Shown here: positions 25,429 to 39,212 of the stretch, piece by piece | Layout of the letters: each line of letters starts with the position of its first letter | Position numbering within the stretch: position 1 is the stretch's first letter | Assembly: GCA_013115125.1 (NCBI GenBank) | Contig: JABANN010000115.1 | Span: forward strand, 1-64,000 | DNA: 64,000 nt | Reading direction: 5' to 3' | Origin: Perkinsus olseni | Lineage: Eukaryota | Notes under the pieces: model-generated | The model's input: the letters and a program-made list of their open reading frames with translations, nothing else | Databases searched by the model: none | What the model was told of the DNA's origin: nothing | Program-made: the position numbers and the translations under genes

Positions 25429-26450
25429 AAAGTCCAACGCCGAAAGCCGGCTTAGTCAGGCACATAAGGCGGACCGTTACTCCGCCGAACACAGGCCCTG
25501 GAAGTACCTTGACTTTTTCCAACCCTGGGGGCGGTGGTACAGAAGGTGGGGCCTTCACCCGTCGGGAGAAGAGGACCTCACATCCCTGGATAGAGGTATC
25601 ATACAGTTTCCCAATACGTACCTAGTGTCAACGCTTCGTAACCGATGCTGAATACCCAAAATGACCAGTACCAGCTGGTCGATGTCCGTCCGGCACTTGG
25701 GGCAACAACTGCCTCCAACAGCTTCGTTACTCGCTATGTGCACCGCACACGACTGGCAAATTCCCGCGTGCCCACAGGGTAAAATAACCTGTGAATTTCC
25801 ATGACGATCTCGAGACATGGTCGCGTCACTGACCATATCTCCTGGGTTATCGAGGCACACGGAACACGGCGTGATGGTCTTCGTCATCACTTCGCTGCTC
25901 ACCGGGACGACTCCTGTTACATTATCCAGAATCACCTAGAAAGGGACTGATGCTGGCAATAGGGTCGAGAACGGAACTCACGGTCGGTTCAGGGACGGTG
26001 CTCAGCCTGCGCTCTCCTGCGACCAGGTAGACCCTATTGACCGATCGGCACGTTTCACAGACAAACACATTCGCTCCAGCCCTGACGAACGACACCACCA
26101 AATACCTTTACCCATCAATGAAAAGTTGAAAATTACGAAAGCGACTGCACCGCGTGGCAGACATCACACGCCACTTGGTCAGTGACAAGGTTCGGCTGCT
26201 TCTTTTTCGATTTCGATTTACCGCCGCATATCGGGGAGCAGGACAGCTTCCCACCCATAAAGCAGCGAACAAAGAGACTGAGAACACTCCGGCCGTTCCC
26301 ATTCACGCGCCACGCAAACGCTCAGAAGTAGGAGAAACTGAAAGCCCGAACGGTACACCGTACAACAGAGGAACAGATGGCCCCAAAAATGTGGGAACCT
26401 CGGGTCTGCGGCAGGACCGATCCGCCGAGCCCGAAGGACTTATACAAATT
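25429..26450 (-). CDS. C3HC4 RING-finger protein (multi-exon; ends approximate)
   Basis: CSVCLDNPGDM/VILPCGHAGICQSCA...CPKCRTDI, with a further CxxC (VCETC) in an upstream exon. Confidence 0.75.
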
Positions 26451-26641
26451 CAACAATAACCAGAACAGCATGCCTTCAAGATGACGACGATCTTGAAGGC
26501 AGTAGCATCAGTTGCTAGTAAGGCGTGTATCGTATTAACGAGAGTGACGGTTCGGCAAAAGTGGCTTTTACAGCGAGAGTTGGATGACGTCGTCAATGGG
26601 TCACGAAAGTGTGTGATAAAGAGAGTCTAAGTTGGCCTCCT

Positions 26642-29358
26642 TCAGGCGAGAGGGTTCGAGTCGCTTGTTCCCCTCGGTCTGATGTGTTCTTGGACCTGAA
26701 GGCGCAAAGTGAATCGGAATCGAGAAGCCGGGCGAGGGCTCACGAAGGCAGCCATGGTCCCCAAGGCCCTGCGGGGAGCGTCCCTTTCAGAGGTACAGAA
26801 ACTGAATAGCTGGAAGCAGTGGACCTGAAACATCACAATTTCGTGGCGCAGTGACAGAATGTCCATACTACCATCTCCTCGTATTCTTGGAACTGCAGGT
26901 GAGTATCCGGGCTCTTCATAGCTGACATCTTAGCAGCGAACCTCTCGATTTGAGGAAGGAAAAGTTCATCCTGACCGGCCTGGATCTGAGGTAAAGCGTC
27001 ATCAGAAGGCGTACGTACTCCCCGTGCTGAACCAAAGAGCTTACCAGCATGTTCGGCAGGCCGCTAAGATCGGCATAGTAAGGCGAAACCTCTTGCGAGT
27101 TCGGACAGCAGTTGCCGATAGCATACTGTGCTACACTGGACACCTACCCGTCGACGACACATCACCCAGCAGGAGTGATAGTACCACAAACTCACCAGAT
27201 CACGCTGAACGTAATCAACACACTCCTTCTTCTCCGGCGGCGGCACTGGTTTTGGCGGCGCCGGTGTGGCAGCAGGGGCAGCGGCTTCCGCGGGTTTCTC
27301 ATCGCTACCCTCGGATTTCGACACGCTCTTTTCCTCTTCAGTATTCGCTTTCGAGCTTTCAGACTTCGACGACTTAGGCTGACCTCCATCGGGCTCCTTC
27401 GCAGTTTCACCCGTCGCCTCGCTGTTCACGATGTCATCTCCAAGGCCGCCAGTCTCCTCGTCCTTTTTCGTGTCGGCCGAATCATCCTTAGCCGTGTCCG
27501 CCGCTTCAGAGGGCTTCTCCGTAATACCATCGACGCTAGACGACTTCGTATCGTCGAGGACTGCGGACTCTCCTCCCGCAGAAGAACTAAAGTCGTCGGA
27601 GTCGTCATCGACCTGGTCAGCCAAGTCCGTAATGGGCGACATCAGGCAGGCACTGTTCGGCAGCGGCACCTAAGTATCAAGTTACTGACACCTCTAGCTA
27701 GCATGTGACAGGCACCTACTCCTTCGTCCCTGAGGCCCGCCAGAGCCAAGGTCGCCATGCCAGCACCGAGAGAGTCTCCTGCAATCGACATGCAGCCTGG
27801 GTCCACTCCGATGTCATCGATGAAATGCTTGTATCTGGACACAAGGCGAAGTCATTCTCCCATACTTATACCGAGCCTTCCTCCTACACGGCCTTGACGT
27901 CGCACACCCCTTCCTCCAAAGAGCAAGCTGGCGGTAGCGAGTTGTTCGATATGCAGCACCTGGCAATGTAAGGTGGAAGGCCTTCGGGCTCACTACGGTT
28001 GGCAACGGACTCGTCGTCGCTTACACAATAGCGCCCGCCCTCTTGGCCAGGAGATACAGCATGTAGCGATGAACACCCTTGCCCCACACACAGAAGGGAG
28101 TTCCGGGGACATATCTAGAGGAGAGGAAAAACGTTAGCTAGAGGTGTCAGAAAACACTTCCGCTCACAGTATGATCGGGTTCGTCTTGAGAACGCTGATA
28201 CTGGGTCCGATCTCCTGGACGGCTAGCTCCGGAGGTCTCTTGGGCGTGATGTCGTTGGGCCAAATCCAAGCTGAAGCAAAGACGACGACGAGTCAGCGTC
28301 CTTCCCGACTGTGCGTGATGGCGAAGATACTACTCAGATGGAGAGGCTCCTTGTGGCCCTCGATGTTCAGAGACTGAGCGAAGCGAAACTGAAGATAAGG
28401 TCCATCGGGAAAATAGGTGGAAGAGACGTTCCTATTAGTACCACTCCCTTCGGAAGCATCATATTAGGTAACGGTTTCTCGGCAAGCTTCCTCACACGAT
28501 CCACGCTCATGCCGGAAAGATGCTTCCCCACGGAGCGCAAGGCACTGATGTATCTATTAAAGGCAGGAAAAGAAGTGATGCCTCTGGGATTCGAACCCAC
28601 GACCACGCGTTTACGGGAGGCTGAACGACCCTGCCGATTCTTACGATTCCATATTGGAGTTCCACGACTTTCTCTTGGAGTGACCCATGAACCGACGCAA
28701 CGGGACCTATAAACGACGCCGAAACGCCGTAACCAGGATTCGAACCCGGGAGTTTCTATAGAAGGACAGGAGAGACCCCGACTTCAACTAGTCCACCATG
28801 GTGTTAATACCTTGAGCATCGTGCCTGCAGCTCTCGGGCCGATTGTTGAGGCCCACATCGATTCACCCAATGAGCTGTGAGCTCTCAAAGGCTTGCCTCC
28901 GCCAAGTGTGCAAATGCTCGCATCAGAAGAGCGACCTGACGCACACGGGAAAATTCCACAACATTCTTTCAAAAATAAGCGGAGCGATGCACGGTAATCT
29001 TACCGTAAACGCTAACATCTCCAACTCCGATGTCCACAGTAGCAGAGCTGGCTGAGGACATGGACGTACTCAGCGACGGGGCATTTCCCACAGATTGGTC
29101 CTCAGACTGAGGCAGCTCTGGGGAGCTAGCCGCCGCCTTCATCGTCTCCTGGCTGCCTCTACTAGGCAGCATCTTTTCCGTCTTTACATCAGACCACTTG
29201 GGGCTGCTGCTTTCCTCAGGCGCATGACCAAGCAGATCAGCCATTGAAAGAGTGTTGAGAGGGTCGGCAAGCTCGTCAGTAATAGCCGAGCTGGTAGCCC
29301 TTGAAAGAGCAGGTGTGACCTCCGCGGGGACTGTCACCTTTTCGGGTGCCTCCGTCAT
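26642..29358 (-). CDS. Alpha/beta hydrolase, hormone-sensitive-lipase-like family, with a large acidic insertion (start approximate)
   Basis: IAGDSLGAGMATLAL nucleophile elbow, LMSPITDL, SPYYADLSGLPNML, GQDELF, YEEMVHCFQLF. Confidence 0.85.
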
Positions 29359-29541
29359 TAGAAAAGTATGTGAATAAATAGCTGACAACATGAGGGGTGT
29401 CCAGCAACCCCTCCGGCATCCAGAAGCAACAAGCACGACGACCGAGAGAAACTGTAGTAAGCTTATCAAGGGACGCAGCAGAGATCGTCCCCGGGGTAAG
29501 TATCAAACACGTGGGAGGCCTCTCCTCGCCACTACCATCAG

Positions 29542-32216
29542 TCAATCCATCCGTATCATATAGCTTTGGCTCTGCGTCACATACCGTACCCACCGGTATC
29601 TGATGACGAATATCCGTTATCATGAAGCAATCTCGAGCGGAGCGGAGCGAAGCAAACTCACGGATTGCCCTGAGCCCCCTGAGGTGCTTGTGTCGATCCA
29701 TAGGGCATGCCCTGATACCGATCCGCTATCCGGAGGTATCTAAGGTTGACCCGTGACAGACACGGAATGCCGAATTGGTATTACTTCACTTGAAGGCCGC
29801 TAACCACGTACATGGGGACTTCGAAGGTGAGAGCGAGAGGGCCTATCCTCGGCTTCCCAGTCACGGGCTGAGCGAAATTCAAACGCGCTCGAAGGGTACC
29901 TGAGGTCAGCCTCTGTACAAGCGGCCACCCCTATACCAATCCCCTTCAAATCAAGGTACATCGGCGCTAGTCTGACTAAGCCGGCTCTCGCCGTACACAA
30001 GGGAGCGCAGTTCGAGTCCGGGCCCACCGACAGTGGCAAGTAGACCGCCTGGTATTACACTCATGGCCTCCCTGCAGCTTCTTGATATTCCAATATAGTT
30101 TCCTCTCAGACTCGACAAAGTCAGCGCTCTGCTGCACCGGCGGAGGCTTCTGCATCCCTCTCGGGCCTGCCCCCACGAACGCACCTGAGTACAACGGAGT
30201 GGACGCAACCCAAGCCGACTAAAGACCCCCCTCGAGCAGGCCTACGACTACTCACCTCCAACAGCGGACATGTCACAATTGACGGAGGCCGTGCCAAGCG
30301 GGGTCGGTATCGTCATCTGGATATTCCCGCCATAGTTAGACTCCGGCACCTACTCAGTCGAAATTGCGCACAGCGAAGAATTCTAAGATACCATTACCTC
30401 AGCCCGTATCTTAATCACTAGTTCGACCTTGTACTGCGACACCGAGTCCACGAACGGCGTCACGCGGAAGGGCGGACGGAATTCTGAGATGAACGAAAGT
30501 AGTGCAGGAATCTTAACCGAGGATGAAACCCAGGGTCGCGAGATTGAGGTCGACCCTAGGCAGATCCAGAAGCAAGGATATGCACCGAGGGCAGCTTCGA
30601 CCTTCCTGACCTACCCGAGTCGATGCGGTAGTTCATAACGCTGAACTCTCCATCAGGTGGGACGAAGGAGAGGATCCGCTGGGAGTCGAAATCGTTGAGG
30701 TCCACTCTGGGATGGAACGTGCCTGCAGAAGATGACAGAAGTTTTCTGACACCTCTAGCTGCGAATATTACAATCGTCCAACGGCACGACAGCCTGCTGC
30801 GGCCCCCCGCCGTAGTTCGGCATCGGAGCGGCCTCCCTAGGCTGACTGAGGATCTCCAAATCGTCATTCAGCGCTAGCCGCAGCTCAGGATTGCCTGTGA
30901 GATACCTGCGACCACGAAAGATACCCTCGAAAGGCCCTCAACAACATTACGATTTCATCTGGATCGAGCCATCTATGCTGCTATTGAGCACTTGACCCTG
31001 GGCGTTCATCAAAACCTACGGGAAGTCACATCAAACTCCAAATGGTAGGGCGAGGAAGTGTCTCACCGTCAACCGTTCGAGGATATCAACGAAGATCTCA
31101 TTCTTCTGGTCTCCAGCAGCAGCCTTGCCTGGTATGTGTCCAGCCGCCATACTTGAGACCGCCGAAGTCGCTGTGGAGAGGACCTGCAATGGCGCCTCTC
31201 ATGAACCACAACGCACCCGCAGAGCCCACTGATGACGCCACACTCTGAGCAGCCGCTATGGTAGAGTTGGCTGCAGAGACCGGGACTTGAGGAGGAGCTT
31301 GTGGAACGTGCTGGGCTACCGGGCCGATAGGACGATGAACCTAGACTCGCACTCGTGAGTACGAAGGGTTTTCCCAGAAGGCATCTTACCGCAGTGGATG
31401 GCATCGTCCGGCTAGTATTGAAGGTGGGCAGTGAAGACAATATACCCCCACCTGTCGCCGTGCCGGGGCTATCAGAAACCATAATCGCCTCGTTGTGCAC
31501 GCAGCTTCGGAGGACCTGATTTTGCAGTGAAGGAGTGGTACTACCAAAGAAGGGCGAGGTACCTCAGTATTAGTAGTCTGGGGGATTCCAAAGTCTATCA
31601 TCTCGTCCAAGATCTCGTAAACCAGTACGAAGTTCTTTCGTAGGGATTCCTCGTTGAGGACACCGCAATAGTCCTTGATAACCTGAGCTGGAGAGTGCCC
31701 CTGCCTCGGATTGAACCCGAGACCTCACCTTGATCATGTTGTTGAGTAGTTCTATTGCCCACATAGGGCTCACGTTACATTGGGTGGTGAGGACGAAGTA
31801 TAGGCCCGATCGTTTGACGTAAATGAAAGATATCCCATCTAGATTCTGGCAAGATACAAAATAGGTCAAGACCGAGTCCATGAACGAGCATGATATATCC
31901 CTTAGAGGGGCAGCATCGAGAAAAACGATTCCGTTTATATTACGAAGATCGGCGGTGGCTCTCCGCCATTCCAAAACTTCGCTTTCCGGAAGAAGATCTC
32001 AGCCGTACCTTTGACGATATCGCCGCGGACTGAAGGAGAATATTCAGTACTGACGAAAGCAAAGCGAGCAGACGACAACTCTGTGAACCTATTTTGCATC
32101 TTGCACGACGTAACCTAAGATTCCCCCGCATTACAGTCCCTTGTGATGATGGTATCTCCTCGTGGTGACAGTATATAAAACTGGGAGACCGAGTCGAGGA
32201 CCGTCGCCGGTGTCAT
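29542..32216 (-). CDS. AP4M1: Adaptor protein complex AP-4 mu subunit
   Basis: [125 protein letters not shown]. Confidence 0.93.
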
Positions 32217-32693
32217 CCGTCGGGACTTGGAATCAAAAAAACGCAAAGCGAGGTTCCGCCGGAAAGGCTGCCCGAAGATCCATATCCAATCCAATCCTCC
32301 TAGCCCGCGCCCCCATCCCAGACGCTCGTTAAAAAATCGACTTCGACGACTGAGTCCTGCGCATCAAACTGCTCAGCTGCCGCTGCAAAGTGGCGTATCT
32401 TTGAGAAAATTCCACCTCAAGAAATGAGGTCAACCTTTCTGGATACGTCCATGGACGCCTCAAGATACTCCCCTTCAAAATGATTAAAAGCCTTCGCAAT
32501 CCACCATCACCACATTGATAATGATGTGCTCTTCTTACTAAGCCGGCCTATTTCGTGGCGCGGTGAAGTTGAAAATTCTAGCGGAGCGAAGCGATGCATG
32601 TCTCGCACTTTGGAAGTCGTGACCCTTGGCGTTGTCCGCATGGACAGATTCGTTCCTAAGGCGCAAGTTTCAGCTCCTGTCCGATCTATTAAA

Positions 32694-35600
32694 ATGGCAA
32701 GGCGCTCTAGAAAGGTCAGACGACAGCAAGCTTTCATTAAGGGGGCTCATCAGAAGAAGGCAGAGCCTGAAGAGCAGGCGGAGCCAGAGGAGGTGATGCT
32801 GGCCGTAGCGGAGGGGTGGGAATCGAACGCCATCCCTCAGGTCCCCACTCAGAAGGTTCCTGACGAGGTAGAGGACCAGGGGACTGTCGAGGAGCCTGTA
32901 GGGGCTACTTCACTGCCTGAGGAAGAGGAGGTCGAAGAAAAAGCCGCCGAAGAGGAGGAGGCTGAAGAGGAAGTGGCCGCCGAAGAGGAGGCAGAAGAAG
33001 AAGAGGAAGTCGAGGATGCTGAGCACCATCAGGAGAACCTTCTAGGTAGGCAACGTGAATGGATCACTGGGTTTAGGAGCTTGCTGGGTTGGCCAGGTGA
33101 TGATGACGACGAAGAGGAGGACCTTGATGAAGGCCTGTTGGTCCGTGCCAGTAAGAAGAGGCTCCGTGAGGATGATGATGAGGAAGAGGAAGAGGAGGAA
33201 GCTGGCTTTGGCAGTGATGATGATGAAGAAGAGGATGCGTATGTTGATGAGGAGGAGCTGCCAGACGAAGCTGATGAGGAGGATCTTAAGGAGGCAGCGG
33301 CGGTAAGGAAAGCAAATTGCGTGGAATTCTGCGGGGGCGCCGAGTGTCTATTACCAGTCCTATGACGACATCGGGATTCCGTTGATGATCTCAGATGGAG
33401 GAGTTTGAGGAGGCGGAGGAGGCTGGAGAGGCGGCCGCGACCTCGGCTGCCGTTGTGGATATCCCTTCCCTTAAGAAACGTAGTACGGGAACGTCTTAGT
33501 GCTGGGTCGTGCGGACGGCGTGTGAAAACGTATAGTGCTAGGATAGAACCTGGGTCATTTGATGGTTAATCAGGCCTGGAGGAGGTCATCCGTCTATTGG
33601 CTGCTGGCAAGGAAGCTATTCGGAAGCAAGGGTGCACCAGCAAGGAACTCCGCGAGGAACTGGTAACGACCTGGGCGGAGCGAAGCTGCTTTTTCGATTT
33701 GGCCTCTCCTCAGGCACGCTTGTGCGCCAACTACTACGGTTACAACGAGGAGCTTGCAGCGTACGATCGCCAAGTGTCAGCTTCAACCTAAGATTCCTCT
33801 CCAGGTACATCCTGGATATGTTCGCCCCGGGAGAGGCCGTCCAGCTTTTCGAGGCTAACGATCGGCCGAGACCGATGACCATCCGGGCCAATACTATCAA
33901 GGTGAGGAGAAGGCAACGGCGGAGCGAAGTTTATATCATTATTTTTGTGGTAGACTCGTCGACGCCTTCTTGCACAGCAGCTGATTGCTCGGGGATGCCA
34001 GGTAGAACCCACGGGAGAATGGACCAAGGTAGGGCTTGGGAATTTCTGCAGCTCTCGAGGACTTCGCGTCATTAGGTGGGCCTCACTGTGAAGGAGTCCA
34101 CGGTACCGATCGGCGCCACTCCGGAGTATCTTTCCGGTCGTTATATGCTGCAGGTGAGTGCGCAGCCGGAAGGTTTTTTCGGAATGATATCTTTGGCTTT
34201 TAGTCCGCCTCGTCCTTCGTCCCTGTTCAAGCTCTCAATGCTCAACCAGGCGAGACTGTCCTTGATATGAGTGCAGGTAGAATAGTTGGGAGGGGGTCGG
34301 AATTGAACCCACGACCGTTCGACCACCCCTCAGCTCCTGGAGGCAAGACCACCTACATCGGTCAGATGATGCAGAACCAAGGTGTCCTCTTTGCCAACGA
34401 TCTCAGAGAGGATCGGTAGGTCGATCTTGTCTGCGCCCAGCGTAACCCCAAGATACGCCATTCTCAGGTGCAAGGCCCTCATCGCCAACGTACACCGCCT
34501 GGGGCTCTCTAATGTCGTTGTCACTGCTATGGACGGAAGGAAGTTGAAGGATATGTTACCGAAGTTGGATAGGGTAGGGTTCGAGGGTATTAGGAATTTG
34601 GATACAGTTGGAATGCTGCTACGAACCTCCTGTGAGTTGACGTGCGTTATGGGAACCTGCGCAGGTGCTCTTGGATGCCCCGTGCAGTGGTTCTGGTATC
34701 ATCGCTCGTGACCCGAAGATCAAGGTTAAGAGGAGTAAGACCATCGACAAGACATCCAAAGGTCGTTGGTTCGACCCCCACGGCTTGCTTTTCTACTTTA
34801 GACGTGAAGGAGTTCACTGAGCATGCGGCGCTTCAACGTGAGCTGCTTTTGACGGCGATCGATATGGTTGATGCTGACACCAAAACTACCGGCGAGGGCG
34901 GCGTTATTGTCTATAGTAAGGGGGCACTCGTGGTCTTGCTCCGAAGTGCTTTTTGAAGCAACCGTTGGGCACCTCTTCATGACAGGTACGTGCTCCATGG
35001 CAGTCGAGGAGGACGAGATGGTCATAGACGCGGTAGGAGCCGTCTCCTCCTCCTGCTGCCGTACGCCGTTGTTGGCAGATTTTGAAGGCCCGCAACGTCC
35101 GTGTGGTTCCCTTCGATGACGTCGTCAGCTTCGGCTCTGAGGGCTTTACCTCCTTCCGCGGCAAGCAGTTCCATCCCAGCCTCAAACATTCTAGAAGATT
35201 CTTCCCTCATGTAATATAGGATATCGAATAGTCGTACCTTGTAGCTCTTATTACTAGCGAAAGTAGGAAAACGATCTCGCTGGCTGCTCAATGGCTGAAT
35301 TATCTACTCTATAGCGCTGCCCAGTGAATGAGGGAATTGCCACCGCTTCTATCGTCTATAGGCGTGACGGCCGGCGATGTCTTTTGTGCTAGGAGACGTG
35401 TCGATTATAGCATGCACAGCGTGATGTATAAGAAGACCTTCTATCGTATCGTCGAGGTCCTCTCATTTCCTCCGACAGGTGCATAACATGGATGGCTTCT
35501 TCGTTTGCAAACTGCAGAAGTTCAGCAATGAGATCCCTCAGCGTAAGGCTCCAGCGGAGCATCTTGTTTTACTTACGAGTTTCTTGTAGGTGTCCGGAAG

Positions 35601-36144
35601 GACCGTCGACCGACCGAGGCCGTCACACATGCTTGGGGAGAGGATAAATGGTAAAAGCGAATCTTCGCTGTGCGCAATCGGTCAAGAAAGATATGCTTCC
35701 AGGAAAACTGAGTTCATGGATACCGTGATGACCGACTTCCCGCAAGAGGAGGGCAAACTTCCCCCGCCGGAGGAGAAGAAAGTGCAGCCTAAGATTTCGA
35801 AGAAAAAGCGGAAGTTGGAAAAGCAGCAACAACAGTAGTAGAATTGATGGGGGGATTTTTTGAAGTATTTGAACGATTTTCAGGGCCGAGAAAGCTGAGG
35901 AGAAAGTAGAGCCCAGCAAGGAGAAGGTGAGTTTACATGACGGTTATCGATCGTCATGGCGCGCGCTTCGTACTCGGAGGGTGTATGTTTGTAGGTTGAG
36001 AAACCCACGAGTGGGAAGCCAGCTACTCAGAAGGGGAAGTCGTTCAAAAAACGGAAATTCCAGGTGAGGGCCGCCCAGTTCCGAGACCTGTGCGGACGGT
36101 TGGTCTCTCAGAAGAAGGTCGGCAAGGCCAAGGCATCGGCGTGA
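32694..36144 (+). CDS. NOP2: Nucleolar rRNA cytosine-C5 methyltransferase NOP2/NSUN1
   Basis: Acidic N-terminus; YYGYNEELA, EANDRPRPMTIRANTIK, PIGATPEYLSGRYMLQ, APGGKTTYI, VLLDAPCSGSG, YSTCS, RRFFPHVHNMDGFFVCKL; Lys-rich tail. Confidence 0.96.
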
Positions 36145-36345
36145 TTGATGCAGGCCTCTCACCTTCGGTACCTTCTTACCAAACGTTGTCCATTACAAAC
36201 GTAAATCATCTATTACTACCACGTAATTGTTTCTAGTTGCTCGCTGAGAGCCCAAGCGTAGCGTTACAGTGCTTAACGGCATTGGATGCGGGAAGACGAT
36301 CTCGCTTCTCAGTTCGGTGTCCTCTTGCCGATCTCCGTATCAATT

Positions 36346-37100
36346 ATGGCCAGCATGAGCGAAGACAGGTATTTCCCAGCGATTCACTAGAGTGCTGCGG
36401 AGCCGTCCGATCAGGTACTCAGGGAAGTCGGGTGTGTTCGACTCCCTTGACTCTGGCGCTGAAGGGGCCACCTCCATGGACACTGACTCGGAGTCTTCGG
36501 CTGCCGCTCAGCCCGGTGCCCCCGCTAGATGTAATATACGGCACGCCGGTAGGTCCAGGGATTTGATGCTCGTTGTCAGCTATCGAGGGATGGGTCATCT
36601 TCCTTACCGGCCTCCATGAGGAGACTCAAGAGGATGATGTGTTCGAGGTAGGTCGAGGGGCTGGAAATCTCTCGGTAGGGCTGCTTTTAGGTTGCACAAG
36701 AGTACGGAGATGTCCGCAACTTGCACTTGAATCTGGACCGACGAACAGGTGAGTTTCGATAGGGACATGCTGCTCAGTAGCTACTGAGCAGCATGTCCCT
36801 ATCGAAACTACTGAGTCAGTAGTGCTTTTCTTGTCAGGCTTCGTGAAGGGGTACTGCCTCATCGAGTACGAGAGCAAGACTGAAGCCTCCAGTGCTATTT
36901 CGGGTAGGGGAGGGAGGCATGGAAATGAGATTATGGTGGGATTTGTCTTAGGATTGAGTGGCAAGATGATCTTGGAGACACCGGTGACTGCTGACTGGGC
37001 CTTCGTCCGCCCTCCTCCGATGGGTAAGCGAAGGTCGCGGGTTCGAATCTCCCCTGGGTTATTTTATCTTCCAGGCTCAATGAGGAGTAGACGTCTGTAA
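36346..37100 (+). CDS. RBM8A: Exon junction complex RRM protein Y14/RBM8A
   Basis: [57 protein letters not shown]. Confidence 0.95.
36752..36809. repeat. Perfect 58-bp palindrome (29+29, no spacer) in a Y14 intron
   Basis: AGTTTCGATAGGGACATGCTGCTCAGTAG followed directly by CTACTGAGCAGCATGTCCCTATCGAAACT. Confidence 0.97.
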
Positions 37101-37241
37101 GGAAGAAAAGCAGAGGAATTACGAAGCATTGATATGAGACAGTAGAATGGAGAAACGATAGGACATTAGTATCTGACATCACACCCGGGAGTGTTGGGTT
37201 GCGATACCTATTCGACGGCAAAAGCAGGCCCTTTCCTCACT

Positions 37242-37749
37242 ATGACTGACTCCAAGGCTGCTTCGGCACAGCAGCCTTCCGCAGCCGATGACAGCGCTGG
37301 CCTGTCGAGTGCTGTGAGCAAGCTAAGATTCATGAGTCGAGGGGCTGAGCTAACAGCTAAACAGAAGTTGGAGCAGGAGCAGAGAGCGGTGATAATGACT
37401 TACGGCTTCGATGAATTTGTACGGGGTTGTCGGCTAGATACGGAAGAGGTTGGAGTGGAGCGTGCCAGGGTTCAAGGATACCAAGTCGGCCGAGGTGCAA
37501 ATACGACAACCTGGGGAACCTCTCAAGCAGGTCCTGCTGCATGGACGCAGGTAAAACTGAGGGCTCAAAGTATGAGTGATTTCCACGTGCATCATCTTTT
37601 GGGAGGTTCGAGGCGGGCTGGCTGGCTGTCCTCTCCCTAGCGCCATCGTGGTCAGCAGGTCCTACGGTGGGTTTAACCCCTACGTCGAGTCGATGATGGC
37701 GGAAGTGACTAAACGGTCGTCCAAATTGAAGCGAAAGCGCATTGGTTGA
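37242..37749 (+). CDS. MPP6: Exosome cofactor MPP6 (M-phase phosphoprotein 6)-like
   Basis: LSSAVSKLRFMSR near the N-terminus and GRRSYGGFNPYVE, the two conserved MPP6 blocks. Confidence 0.75.
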
Positions 37750-38227
37750 GTTGCGACCTGATGAGACTTCCTCTTGTGTTCATTGAGTCGTCAGAAGTAG
37801 CTCCTAAAGAGCAAAGGGGATCGGCTGCGCTTCGGGCGAGTATGCACTAGAATGGATTTAGTTAAGTCCATTGGTACAAGTCAACCCTTCGAAAAAATCA
37901 AGGGTTCGCGATGAGCATTGGGTCACCCAATACACCCGATTTCGGTATAAGGCTACGGGCCGGAAGGACCGGCCTTACAGCCTCTGTCTCCACTCGCTCG
38001 AGTGAAATAGAAAACGCAGCTAATTTTCTGCTGCTAATGCCCTTAAGGCATTGCTTCGCTCCAGTCCGCGTTGTGTGAATGAAAGACTATAGTGTCACTC
38101 GAGCTGCAGCTGAACTGTGTTGAAAGATACTGTCTGCTTCCTCCTAGTGTACTTACTCCATTGAACACAACAACATTATCAGCACACAGCAACACCATCA
38201 CAACGGCATGCATGATGAGCGTGTTTA

Positions 38228-39010
38228 TCAATCTAAGATACCGCCGTGCTTGCCTGCTAACTCCAAGGCTTCAGGCATTTTGTCTTCAATGAACTTTTGC
38301 AGCCAGGGCTTCACCTGCTTGTACTCTTTGGGTGGGTTTTGTAGGACGCGCTTCATTAGTATGGAGCATTTATCCTCAGTCATACGCCCATCGAATAACT
38401 GTTTTATTTTTGGCATCAAATCGGTGAGGTTAAATGGGATGACCGGAGAGAATAACCTCTTCACAGCTTCGGGCGTCCCCTCGAAAGCTCGGTGCTTCTT
38501 AACGTTAAGATCTATGAAGGAGATCTCCGCATCCACGCTTTCCCTGACGAAGACGTTCAACATGGAGGATGCAAGTCGCATGAGAATATGTACTCACCAG
38601 TAAGTGATGAGTCTACCATTGCCCTTCCAGGCGATTGAATAATCTTTTTCGCCCTTCTTGAAGCTCAGAGACCCGTCCACGAATAGAGCACTGCAGGTTC
38701 TGTCGACAGCGGCTTCGACTTCTATCTACCATAGAAAAATCCAGCGCAGTTATCGCAGTGGGGTTTATACCTTGTACGTGAAAGCGGTCATTGCCGACAT
38801 TTGAGCGACTAGCTTGTCAACTTTGCCAGCCAGGCCAGTGAGTTGCTTCTCCAGACGGTCAAGCCTCCTTGTTGTAGGATTCCCCGCCTGAAGGGGATGT
38901 ACGAAGGACTCGTCAGTTGAAGCTCTCACCTGAACGGCGGTGTGCAGAGCCATCGCCGAGGTTACAGCTAACACTAGTGACAGGACGAAAACAGCGGAGT
39001 AACGTGACAT
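38228..39010 (-). CDS. Hypothetical secreted protein with a short coiled coil
   Basis: Signal peptide MSRYSAVFVLSLVLAVTSAMA; RLDRLEKQLTGLAGKVDKL; GT-AG bounded exons continuing into ORF 38228-38581. Confidence 0.65.
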
Positions 39011-39212
39011 AACAGAGAGTGTATGATCTGTACCATCACGAAACCATTCTCTCGGTGGCGGAAAACTCAGGGGGAAAACTCAACAGGTTGAAGGACACGA
39101 CAACAACTCGACTTGTACAGATGCAGAGCATAACGAACAACTAAGGACAACTGCACAACACATGACTCTCATGTGGACTTCACGTGGAGGGCACCAGCGT
39201 CACCTAAAGGCA

